The notes under the pieces were generated by a model. The model had not been told where the DNA came from. It did no database searches and worked only from the letters and a program-made list of their open reading frames with translations. This document shows, piece after piece, positions 8,795-17,049 of a DNA stretch of 64,000 nt; the stretch's first letter is position 1; the number at the start of each line of letters is the position of its first letter. The DNA is from a virus. The stretch spans positions 1 through 64,000 of the IMG/VR virus record IMGVR_UViG_3300042197_003251; one strand, written 5' to 3'. The position numbers and the translations under genes were made by a program.

Positions 8795-9780
8795 AAGATT
8801 ACATATAGTCAATATTTATATATCCGATTGCAACTCCCAGATTAGAAAAAAATTTATTAAATATATTTTTTTATGGATATTTATTTGTATGGTTAATCAA
8901 TTAATTAAAGAAGAATTAAATAGGATTAAAACTTTGATGGGTCTAATCACAGAAGAAGAAAAAAATGGAACATTTAAAGTTGTTTTCAGAACAGATAATG
9001 GAATAGATTTGGGAGCTTGTATTGGAATTGCTCACGGTGGAACTATTGATTTACCTGAAGAAGTAATTAAAAGAATTAATAATATAGATAATCTACATTT
9101 CATTGCGGAAGGAGCTGCGGCGAAGAACCCCGAACTTGAGCCAGGAATGATGAAATTTATTGATGAGCATTTTTCTGGTTATAAAATTGAAGATAAATCT
9201 TGGGACGAAATAACAGAAGAGCAAGGTTTGGGTGTTGGTAATCCAAAATATAATATTAATTATGTTTTTATGCAACACAAATACAACAATTACATAGACG
9301 ATTATTCGTATTCAGGTGGTACAATGTTGGATGCATTAGCAAAAACCACAAGACCTGAATTTCCTCCGAATTCGCCAACCGAACCAGAAGAAAGAAAAAA
9401 ATGGTTAAAATATCATATGGAACAATCAGGATTTCTTGAAAATCTTGAACAACCTTATAATAGAGAAAAATTATATGATTTATTAACAGAAATGGAAGAA
9501 ACTGTTTATCCTGAAGGACAGCAAGTTCCGAACAAAAAAACTTATTTTGGTGTCATGCAACAAAGTATTGAAGATGAAAGAAATAAAACAATATACGATT
9601 TAATGGAAAACGGTGGAGTGTCAATTGCAGGAGAAGGACATGTAGATGAATTAAAACAACAATTTCCTGATTTGGAATTCCTACCGCAAAAAAATGAAAA
9701 GACAGACTTTGTTGGTCAGCATAAATGAAGATTACATATAGTCAACACTTATGTGTCCGATTGTAACTCCCAGATTAGAA
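8795..9780. repeat. 53-bp imperfect direct repeat (8795-8847 / 9728-9780) flanking an inserted gene
   Basis: aagattacatatagtcaa...ccgattg.aactcccagattagaa in both copies, 5 mismatches. Confidence 0.85.
8889..9728 (+). CDS. hypothetical protein, possible TraB/Tiki-like fold, with IKEE N-terminal tag
   Basis: GIAHG, AEG and C-terminal RN...IAGEGH; MVNQLIKEELNRIKTLMG. Confidence 0.55.
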   Translation: MVNQLIKEELNRIKTLMGLITEEEKNGTFKVVFRTDNGIDLGACIGIAHGGTIDLPEEVIKRINNIDNLHFIAEGAAAKNPELEPGMMKFIDEHFSGYKIEDKSWDEITEEQGLGVGNPKYNINYVFMQHKYNNYIDDYSYSGGTMLDALAKTTRPEFPPNSPTEPEERKKWLKYHMEQSGFLENLEQPYNREKLYDLLTEMEETVYPEGQQVPNKKTYFGVMQQSIEDERNKTIYDLMENGGVSIAGEGHVDELKQQFPDLEFLPQKNEKTDFVGQHK

Positions 9781-10247
9781 TAAAATGAAAAGAATTTATT
9801 AAAAATTATTTCATTAACTTCACTATTAATTTCCCAACCAAATTTATCATTTGCCAAAGCTTCTTCCAAAGATATGGTTGGTTCATTATCATCAAATATT
9901 AAGGTTACAGTTCCCCCTTTTTTTACTCTAATGTACAGATAAACTTCTTCATTTACAACAACTTCATCCAATATAATTTTAAAATTATACCCCCCATCCA
10001 CAATATCAAAAGTTTCACCTTCATCTTTTTTCAAATACTGAATAAACTTTTCATTCCCTCCGAACCATTCAATCATCAATTCCAAAAAATAAGGTTCAAT
10101 TTCATACGCCGTTTTAGAGTCAAGTCCAATTAGTTTATACATTTGTCTAGATAAACTTGGTCCATTAACATTCCAATATTTAAAAAGAATTGGTTTAAAT
10201 TTATCAACAATTTTATTAAATTGATTTTCAGTAATTATAAATTTCAT
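9732..10247 (-). CDS. hypothetical protein, MKFIITENQ family
   Basis: Start refined to MKFIITENQF behind TATTTAT-N5. Confidence 0.75.
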   Translation of the reverse strand: MKFIITENQFNKIVDKFKPILFKYWNVNGPSLSRQMYKLIGLDSKTAYEIEPYFLELMIEWFGGNEKFIQYLKKDEGETFDIVDGGYNFKIILDEVVVNEEVYLYIRVKKGGTVTLIFDDNEPTISLEEALANDKFGWEINSEVNEIIFNKFFSFYSNLGVTIGHISVDYM

Positions 10248-10280
10248 TAACAATAAATATAACAAAAGTATTTATGACAT

Positions 10281-11012
10281 ATGTCAATCAATATCATATT
10301 AAATAAATTAGTATATCCTCACATTAAGAAAATGAATTTTAATGGAATTCAGATGGAGGTGATTGGAAAAGAAAAAAAGGAATATTATACTATAGGAGAT
10401 TACGACAAATACATAATTGATGTATATAACCCAAAAAATTTACCATACACAAAATCGTCTTTATCCGAATTTATTGAGTCAAAAATTGATGAATACTCTA
10501 AATTGGCTTCATATAAAGGTAAAATTCGTGGAGCTGGAATAAATATTTGGCGTTTTTCAGAAAATGTTAAAGACGTATATATTCCGGCGAACTTAAAACA
10601 ACAAATTATTAATTGTATTTCTTCAAAAAAAGTCACTAAATTATATACATTAGATAGAGGTATTACAAATCATGAAATTCCAATAAGATTTGATTTAGAG
10701 TTTACCGGTGATGTTCATTTTTCAATACAATATGAATCAGTATTAGTTGAAGTTAACGTTATACTATCAAACATACTAATGTTTCACGACATAAAAAAAG
10801 AATATGTTCATTTCGTATATGATAACGAATTTATTGGTGATTTATACGATAGTTTATCTCAAGACAGATATGATAATAATGAATTTTTTGAGTCCGTTAT
10901 TTGGGAATGTTTTGAACCATTATTAGAATCAGACTTTCAATTTTATGACCCCAGTTGGATGGGATTTCATATTTCAGTTGAGTCAATGAAAATTGATGAT
11001 ATACGTTTTTAA
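10281..11012 (+). CDS. hypothetical protein
   Basis: 243-aa ORF, TATTTAT-N5-ATG. Confidence 0.75.
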   Translation: MSINIILNKLVYPHIKKMNFNGIQMEVIGKEKKEYYTIGDYDKYIIDVYNPKNLPYTKSSLSEFIESKIDEYSKLASYKGKIRGAGINIWRFSENVKDVYIPANLKQQIINCISSKKVTKLYTLDRGITNHEIPIRFDLEFTGDVHFSIQYESVLVEVNVILSNILMFHDIKKEYVHFVYDNEFIGDLYDSLSQDRYDNNEFFESVIWECFEPLLESDFQFYDPSWMGFHISVESMKIDDIRF

Positions 11013-11013
11013 G

Positions 11014-11708
11014 AGGTCGGAGATGGAGTAGTAAACATACGGTAATAATTACTCTCATTTAACATTTATGTTTTCAAATTATTGTCATGTAACTCAGCAT
11101 GACAATTAGAACATACTAACATACATTTTTCCAATTCCTTTAAAATTTTTTCATCTATCTTTAAAAATTTACTGATATTAAAGTCTTTCTCAGATGGGTC
11201 TTTATGGTGAAATTCTAAAGCTCTTAAAGATTTAGAATAGCCACATATTTCACATTTTCCTCCCTTATAATCTACCAAATATTTTTTTGCTTCAAATCTT
11301 TTATTTCTATAATATTCTTTAGGAACATAGTCCCTTGAAGTGCCTTTGCTTCCCTTTTTATAAAAATTATTATAAAAATATCTTTTTTCCGAATGACTTA
11401 ATAATTTTGAATATTGAAGGTCAAAAGTAACTCTATCTTTTGGTAAATTTTGTTCAATATCTTTTATTAATTTTTTTTTCTTTATTTTTCTCTCAGTAAT
11501 AAAAATTTTCAAGTGATGACTAATCGTCCCTTTACTACAACTTAATTCTTTCTGAATCATTCTATAAGAATATCCTTTGTGAAATAAGTTTAAAATTTTT
11601 TCTTTCAAACCTTTGTTCATAATTTTACTTTATATTAAATAAATATTATGAAAGTTCAAATAAACTACATATTGTAAAAGTTTTACTTTACTACTCGGAC
11701 ATCCGACC
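11014..11708 (-). pseudogene. tRNA remnant (Cys-like acceptor stem) enclosing an HNH endonuclease gene
   Basis: 5' GGTCGGA-TG-TCCGAGTAG at 11708 and 3' CCATC-TCCGACC-T at 11014; no anticodon arm or intact T loop. Confidence 0.6.
11066..11620 (-). CDS. HNH homing endonuclease with N-terminal HTH
   Basis: KGGKCEICGY...LEFHHKDPSEKDF...KCMLVCSNCHAELH; HTH GYSYRMIQKELSCSKGTISHH. Confidence 0.9.
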   Translation of the reverse strand: MNKGLKEKILNLFHKGYSYRMIQKELSCSKGTISHHLKIFITERKIKKKKLIKDIEQNLPKDRVTFDLQYSKLLSHSEKRYFYNNFYKKGSKGTSRDYVPKEYYRNKRFEAKKYLVDYKGGKCEICGYSKSLRALEFHHKDPSEKDFNISKFLKIDEKILKELEKCMLVCSNCHAELHDNNLKT

Positions 11709-11725
11709 TTATTTATGTCTATTTG

Positions 11726-11797
11726 TAGTCGGTAGGGGATTCGAACCCCTATGACAAGAATGAAAATCTTGTATCCTAACCCTTAGATGAACCGACC
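11726..11797 (-). tRNA. tRNA-Glu(TTC)
   Basis: GGTCGGT/ACCGACT acceptor, CAAGA-TTTTCAT-TCTTG anticodon arm, GGTTCGAATCC T arm. Confidence 0.95.
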
Positions 11798-11807
11798 TTA
11801 TTTTTAG

Positions 11808-11879
11808 TAGTCAGAATAGGACTCGAACCTACATCTCCCATTTACAATAATGAGGCGTTACCAATTACGCTACCTGACT
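11808..11879 (-). tRNA. tRNA-like RNA with non-canonical anticodon arm (identity undetermined)
   Basis: AGTCAGG/TCTGACT acceptor, GCGT/ACGC D stem, GTAGG-TTCGAGT-CCTAT T arm; anticodon loop is 6 or 8 nt. Confidence 0.75.
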
Positions 11880-11880
11880 A

Positions 11881-12065
11881 TGTTGAGGATGAGAAGTCCT
11901 CGGTGTTGGTAGAGCCATAATCACCTTACTACTAAAGTTTGTTCGCCTTTCATCTCATAGAAAGCAACACCACAAATTAGGATAAGTAGAAGATGGGGGA
12001 GTGGACATCTACTTTTACGATTGGCGTTTCTTGCTATTCGCTAGCCCCGAATTCCCAATCAACCT
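11881..12065 (-). ncRNA. one or two small structured RNAs at the head of the tRNA operon
   Basis: Stems GATTGG/CCAATC, AAGTAGATG/CATCTTCTACTT, GGTGTTG/CAACACC, CTTTC/GAAAG, GAGGA/TCCTC; promoter at 12089-12096. Confidence 0.55.
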
Positions 12066-12135
12066 TTTAATATTTCAAACAACTTACACAAATATACATA
12101 AAACTTTCTCTTCTTCCAAATCTTGTTCTGTCATT

Positions 12136-12318
12136 TTACTTTTCTTTTAATTGTGTTATTGAACAAGCTTTTCCAAAACTAAAACCTCCTTGACTAACGT
12201 GACCTTCGGGTATTACTTTATAATATCTTCCGTCGGTATTTGATAATTCCAACCAAACCGCTTTTGATGGGTTAAGTTTGTCACCACATCTTTCACAATA
12301 AATTGTTTTTTCTTTCAT
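12136..12318 (-). CDS. small Zn-finger-like hypothetical protein
   Basis: CERC...FGKAC. Confidence 0.7.
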   Translation of the reverse strand: MKEKTIYCERCGDKLNPSKAVWLELSNTDGRYYKVIPEGHVSQGGFSFGKACSITQLKEK

Positions 12319-12481
12319 TTGACAAATTTAAGAAGTTTTTTCCATTTTCAAAAACATTTTCGGATATTTTTTTAAACTCATATCTTTTGTGTTTCAATTC
12401 ATGCAAAAATTTAACTGATACATCATCAAGATTAAGAACTCCCAACATTTTTCCTTCTTTATATACTGATACAAATTCCAT
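12293..12481 (-). CDS. hypothetical protein
   Basis: 62-aa ORF overlapping the next gene. Confidence 0.6.
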   Translation of the reverse strand: MEFVSVYKEGKMLGVLNLDDVSVKFLHELKHKRYEFKKISENVFENGKNFLNLSNERKNNLL

Positions 12482-12538
12482 AGATTTTATTTTTAACTAT
12501 ACAAAGATAGGAAATATTATTTTATCAAATCATTAAAG

Positions 12539-13024
12539 TTATTCACAAACTTTAAATGCGTTATTAATAACTCGTTTCTTCATTTTTGCATCACCATAGT
12601 TACCAACAACATTACCATCAATAATTGAAAAGGTGTGACCACGAACAACCACAAGATACTTGCCGACAGGGTATTTCTTGATGAATGTACCAGTTGTCAT
12701 CTTGCGTTTAACAATCTGACCTTTAACTTTAACGTCATACATCATATTGCCGTTCTCATTGCCCATACTTTCAAAAGACTTACCGTTGATTTGAACTTTA
12801 TCATCAACCATACGACGCAATCCACCAACAAAGAATTTTGTTCCTTTGCGGTTTTCACGACCAAACTTAACTTTAACAAACTGATGAGCTTCATCATAAT
12901 GCATTTCAAACGCTGATGAAATTGCTCTAACAGCACAATCGTTTGATTCATTTTTGGCAATTACTGAATCACTATAACCAATAATCGCTTCTTTTGTGGG
13001 TACGTATTTTAGTTCGTTATTCAT
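12539..13024 (-). CDS. conserved phage hypothetical protein (DCAVRA motif)
   Basis: NDCAVRAIS and GHTFSIIDG motifs; start refined to MNNELK by TATATTTG-N4-ATG. Confidence 0.75.
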   Translation of the reverse strand: MNNELKYVPTKEAIIGYSDSVIAKNESNDCAVRAISSAFEMHYDEAHQFVKVKFGRENRKGTKFFVGGLRRMVDDKVQINGKSFESMGNENGNMMYDVKVKGQIVKRKMTTGTFIKKYPVGKYLVVVRGHTFSIIDGNVVGNYGDAKMKKRVINNAFKVCE

Positions 13025-13081
13025 ACCACAAATATACGGCAAGTAATCTGAACTACAAAAATTTAGTTATTAACAGGAATG

Positions 13082-13906
13082 TCAAATTCCGGATTTTTTG
13101 TTTTTTTTTCTATCACTATAGGTTTTTTCAACCTTATGTAAAGATATTTCGTGATTAAATCTATCAATTTCTTTTTCAGAAATATTAGCTATTCTATAAT
13201 TTGATTTATCAATATATTCTTGTGATATCTCAATTCCAAAATAATTATGTCCGAGTAGTTTACTTGAAACCGCACTTGTTCCACTTCCCATATACGGGTC
13301 TATTACTAAACAATTTTTTAAATCATCTAAAACTGAATATATGCACCTTGTTGGTATTTCTATTGGGAATGGTGCTGGATGATTCATAACTATTTTTTTA
13401 TCCATCTCAGGTCTTAATTCCCATACTGAAGTCATTAAAGCATGTTTTGACATTAATTCCGCTCCATTATCTTTCATATATTTTGGTTTATACAACCAGT
13501 ATATTCTTTCTTCAACCTGCCAAAATCTCCAACCTCTTATATTTGCCGCAATATTTCTATTCCAAACTATTTCCTGTTTTATAATCCAATCGGTCTTACC
13601 TAACCAAACAATCGGATGGAACATTTCACCCTTATCCCATCTTATTTTGTGATTATAAAAAAATGAACCTCCAGGCTTAATTGTTCTGTATAATTCATTT
13701 AATACCCTTATTTGTACATCTTGATATTCACTCTCATCTAAATTATCAGTAATGTTTGAGTATTTAATATCTTTAACTAAAATACCTTTTCTATTTTTCT
13801 GTTTATTATAAGGAGGTGAAGTAACCCCGATATCAAAAACATTTGATGGTATTTGGTTAAGCGTATCAAGAACATCTCCAAGAACTATGTTATCAATTAA
13901 ATTCAT
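13082..13906 (-). CDS. site-specific DNA methyltransferase (N4-C/N6-A, beta class)
   Basis: VTSPPYN, HPAPFP, VIDPYMGSGTS. Confidence 0.93.
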   Translation of the reverse strand: MNLIDNIVLGDVLDTLNQIPSNVFDIGVTSPPYNKQKNRKGILVKDIKYSNITDNLDESEYQDVQIRVLNELYRTIKPGGSFFYNHKIRWDKGEMFHPIVWLGKTDWIIKQEIVWNRNIAANIRGWRFWQVEERIYWLYKPKYMKDNGAELMSKHALMTSVWELRPEMDKKIVMNHPAPFPIEIPTRCIYSVLDDLKNCLVIDPYMGSGTSAVSSKLLGHNYFGIEISQEYIDKSNYRIANISEKEIDRFNHEISLHKVEKTYSDRKKNKKSGI

Positions 13907-14505
13907 TTTTTAAATATAAACCCATAAAATGGTTTTGTAAATTTATTTTCAATCTCTGAAATAATAGGATTTAAATATTCTATATTACAACTTTCAGAGT
14001 TTATAAAATGTTTATATGAAAATTTAATACTTCTTACATATCGGTTTTTAATATCCCCATAAGGTAAATGTTTTTTTAATTGTTTCTCAATTTCAAAAAT
14101 AAAATCAGCCGAATTATATTTGAAACTTAAAACAAAAATTAATTTACCATCTAAAAAACCAGATACAATCATTTTAACATCATCTGTTGAGTATTTTTTA
14201 TGTCTAGCCCAGGTAAAATCGCTAAAATTGCCTGAACCATCAAATTTATTTTTTGAATTAAACATAATGTTTTTTGGCTTAACCTCTAAACATTCATCTT
14301 CAGAATCATAACCTAATTTTTTTTTACTTTGTTTTTTACCTAAAATTCCTAAAGTTACACCTTCACGAAAAGATGATGAATTTTTATCAGAAGAATATTC
14401 AGACAATAACTCTAGTAATACTTTTTTTGTTTGATTTAAATTTAAATTATTTATTCCATTTAACTCATTTGTGGAAAATGCTAATTTTATTTCTTCTAAA
14501 TTCAT
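13903..14505 (-). CDS. putative type II restriction endonuclease
   Basis: GYD...LEVKPK PD-(D/E)XK-like motif; ATGA-coupled to the MTase; start probably MNLEEIK. Confidence 0.6.
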   Translation of the reverse strand: MNLEEIKLAFSTNELNGINNLNLNQTKKVLLELLSEYSSDKNSSSFREGVTLGILGKKQSKKKLGYDSEDECLEVKPKNIMFNSKNKFDGSGNFSDFTWARHKKYSTDDVKMIVSGFLDGKLIFVLSFKYNSADFIFEIEKQLKKHLPYGDIKNRYVRSIKFSYKHFINSESCNIEYLNPIISEIENKFTKPFYGFIFKK

Positions 14506-14530
14506 GATTTTAAAAATATTAACAGGAATG

Positions 14531-14971
14531 TTAAATTCCAGATTTTTTGTTTTTCTTGGCAATACTTAGGTTGGACCACTCTTTATTTCCCGTTATTTCA
14601 TCCCCACAATAGTCGGGAAGATTTATAAGGTCAATTTCATATTCTATTTCTGCGGACATTTTACCATCAGGATAAACATCAATATCTACTTTATTACCCT
14701 CAAATGTGGTCTTATACCTTGTTTTTTCAAGTTTAACGTCAGTTGATTGATATAGATGGTTTGCATCTTGGATTGGAATTTCGTATTCATACTCGGACTT
14801 TGTTGTCCTGTCAATCTTAACTTTATATGCAACCCAAGCTCTTTCGTCGTCAATAATTCTAACACGAAATTGTTTTTTCTTGTCAGACATAAGATATGCC
14901 TGTTTGATATGGACTGGAGTCAGTCCTTCAGGCATATACTTTAGTTTGAATTTTCTTTCTCTTTCAATCAT
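14531..14971 (-). CDS. CYTH-domain protein
   Basis: IERERKF, QAYL, RVRI, EYEYEIP, KTRY, AEIE, EITG. Confidence 0.9.
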   Translation of the reverse strand: MIERERKFKLKYMPEGLTPVHIKQAYLMSDKKKQFRVRIIDDERAWVAYKVKIDRTTKSEYEYEIPIQDANHLYQSTDVKLEKTRYKTTFEGNKVDIDVYPDGKMSAEIEYEIDLINLPDYCGDEITGNKEWSNLSIAKKNKKSGI

Positions 14972-15231
14972 TTGTATTTATTATAAAGAGTCTCAATAAA
15001 TTCAATCTCTTCAACTGACATTTGATAAAATTTATCAGACAAAATTGACATCTTATCACAAAAATCAATTTCGCTTGCCGTCATTTTTGTTAAATCTTTA
15101 GTTTTTTCTAAATGGCCTTCAGCCGTTAGATAATTAACCAAATCTTTTATTTCTCTCGGATTACAAGAATCAACAAATTCATCAATTTCAATGTCAACAT
15201 CAACGTCGACGTTAGTGTAAATGGTTGCCAT
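14968..15231 (-). CDS. hypothetical protein
   Basis: 87-aa ORF with ATGA overlap. Confidence 0.7.
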   Translation of the reverse strand: MATIYTNVDVDVDIEIDEFVDSCNPREIKDLVNYLTAEGHLEKTKDLTKMTASEIDFCDKMSILSDKFYQMSVEEIEFIETLYNKYK

Positions 15232-15251
15232 ATCTTTTATAATTTTTAAAT

Positions 15252-15917
15252 TTATATTTTTTTATTTATTTTGATTCTGCCTCTTTTCCATCCAATTTCT
15301 AAAAACGAATTCAAATCACTTTTTTTAACTTTCTTATTTAACCCATCTTTAGTTATCCAACAAGTTCCGTATTGAGAATTTTTATCCCCAACTCCATTAC
15401 CTTTATTTTTTTTACCAATCTTATTTTTCGTTTCGATTGTATGTTTTTTCCCTGAAAATGTATTGTGATTATAATTTATTTTTCTAAGCCCATTTATTAT
15501 TTTTTCTCTATGTTTTGTTTTCCACTCATCATCATTTAAAAATAACCACTTCACTTTCTCGTTTCCTAAATGTCTAGTTTTTTTAGAGCCTTCTATGAAT
15601 TTTTTTCTGTGCTCCCCATCAACAAACCCCCCTTCTCCACCTTCTTTTAAATTCATACATTTATTGTCTGATAATAAAGATGAATTTACTACTAATTTTT
15701 CAGATTCAATTAAGGATTTTCTATTTGGATAAAATTTTAGTATTTCTTTTTTATGGTTTTCAACTCCATACTTACGAATACTTCGTCTTAATCTTTTTCC
15801 GCTACCCATATAACCATCTTCAATATTAGAGGTACTATGGATACCAACATAGTACTTTCCTGTTACCAAACAAGTTGTTTTATACAAATAATGTATTTTT
15901 TTTTGTTTCCTAGGCAT
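15252..15917 (-). CDS. GIY-YIG homing endonuclease (Seg-like)
   Basis: YLYKTT...YYVGIHST...YMGSG...NLKEGGEGG; NUMOD3-like GKKHTIETK. Confidence 0.9.
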   Translation of the reverse strand: MPRKQKKIHYLYKTTCLVTGKYYVGIHSTSNIEDGYMGSGKRLRRSIRKYGVENHKKEILKFYPNRKSLIESEKLVVNSSLLSDNKCMNLKEGGEGGFVDGEHRKKFIEGSKKTRHLGNEKVKWLFLNDDEWKTKHREKIINGLRKINYNHNTFSGKKHTIETKNKIGKKNKGNGVGDKNSQYGTCWITKDGLNKKVKKSDLNSFLEIGWKRGRIKINKKI

Positions 15918-16019
15918 ATATCTATTAATTTAATAATAAATATATCATAGGTACAAAAAAGTTCCCGGTACTGGGTGTGGGACTCGAACCCACACGGCCG
16001 TTTCAGGCCACAGGATTTT

Positions 16020-16708
16020 CTTACCACTATAGTTTTCACTACCATTTCTGTTTGTGGTCTGGACTATACCTTCACCATATCTTACGATTTAGGTGCTCCG
16101 TGTCTAGTCTCTACACCTTCCCTTACGGGCTTGGCTCGGGGTTCCCATTATTAAAGGGTTCACCGAATTTACGGAGTTCTACTTAAAGGGTTTCCCCTCT
16201 AGCACTCATATTTTTTCCCCGATAGTTATCAGTAAATGAATGACAGTTAGGACATAGTAATTGAATGTTTTCAATCCTATTATCAAACCTATTTCCATTT
16301 ACGTGGTGGAGTTCCAAAGGAATTTTTTCTCCGAGCCATTCAAGACCTCCGCACATTTCACAAACGTGTTCCTTATAACCCAACTTCAATAATTGATTTT
16401 TCAATTTGAAGCTTGACCTAGGTAGTCCGCTTGAGTATGTCGAGTGTTCAACTAGTTTATCTGAGATGTCCTTTTGTTTGGACCATTTTTTACCTTTACT
16501 CCACAACATCCCGTGGAAGTGAGAAGTATCAATCTCAAATTTTTTAATTCTTGTCTTGATGTTTTCGTAGTTACCTCCAGCCTCTTTAAGACCTAATTTT
16601 TGTAAAACTTGTCTTATTGACCCTGACTCCTTAACTATCAGTTCTAAATTTTCTTTCGTATATTTCTGGTTCATACATATAAATATATACAGAATACGAA
16701 AAAGATTA
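16020..16708 (-). mobile_element. group I intron (IC3-like) in the tRNA-Leu anticodon, containing an HNH ORF
   Basis: Exon ends in U, intron ends in G; core motifs AAATTCGGTGAA, AACCCCGAGCC, GTGTAGAGACTAGAC, AAGGTATAGTCC. Confidence 0.9.
16183..16674 (-). CDS. intron-encoded HNH homing endonuclease
   Basis: CEMCG...LELHHVNGNRFDNRIENIQLLCPNCHS; start MNQKYTKE behind TATTTAT-N4. Confidence 0.92.
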   Translation of the reverse strand: MNQKYTKENLELIVKESGSIRQVLQKLGLKEAGGNYENIKTRIKKFEIDTSHFHGMLWSKGKKWSKQKDISDKLVEHSTYSSGLPRSSFKLKNQLLKLGYKEHVCEMCGGLEWLGEKIPLELHHVNGNRFDNRIENIQLLCPNCHSFTDNYRGKNMSARGETL

Positions 16709-16779
16709 AAGTCCTGAATATATACCAATTTCATCAACCCAGCATTTCAAATAACTTCTACAAATATAAGGTTAAAACC

Positions 16780-16896
16780 TTATCCAATCAACTTAAAAAC
16801 CAAAACAACTAAATTTAAAACGATTACGGTTACTCCGAAGAATACCGCAAATCGGTACGCAAATTCTTCAAAAGGTGTGTTATTGTTGTATCTCAT
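16780..16896 (-). CDS. small membrane peptide (38 aa)
   Basis: MRYNNNTPFEEFAYRFAVFFGVTVIVLNLVVLVFKLIG, A-rich leader. Confidence 0.5.
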   Translation of the reverse strand: MRYNNNTPFEEFAYRFAVFFGVTVIVLNLVVLVFKLIG

Positions 16897-16912
16897 ATTA
16901 TTTAAATTTTTG

Positions 16913-17049
16913 TAGTCAAGGAAGGATTCGAACCTTCACGGGCTGCCATTATAGGGACCACATCAAAACGATGTTTTTTTACCCACAGTGCTATAACCAT
17001 CTGTTGCGTCTACCGGGATAGTACTTAATCCACATTCCGCCACTTAACT
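16913..17049 (-). tRNA. enlarged tRNA-like RNA (137 nt, Leu-type scaffold)
   Basis: AGTTAAG/CTTGACT-A acceptor, TGGCGGAAT...GGTAGACGC D arm with insertion, GAAGG-TTCGAAT-CCTTC T arm; promoter 17059-17066. Confidence 0.7.

Larger units (their letters stand above)
13070..14554. repeat. ~36-bp direct repeat (13070-13105 / 14519-14554) flanking the R-M cassette
   Basis: ttaacaggaatgt[c/t]aaattcc[g/a]gattttttgttttt; MTase and CYTH ORFs both end KKNKKSGI. Confidence 0.9.
15969..16743 (-). tRNA. tRNA-Leu(TAA), split by group I intron (exons 16743-16709 and 16019-15969)
   Basis: Spliced product GCTGGGT..CAGGA-CTTAAAA-TCCTG..GGCC-TGAAAC-GGCC..GTGGG-TTCGAGT-CCCAC-ACCCAGT-A. Confidence 0.92.

Noticed and set aside
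15863-16186. ORFs 15863-16045 and 15977-16186
   Set aside because: Overlap the tRNA 3' exon and group I intron core
16675-16737. N-terminal extension of the HNH ORF in the track
   Set aside because: Runs through the tRNA 5' exon; ATG at 16674 has the promoter-linked start pattern
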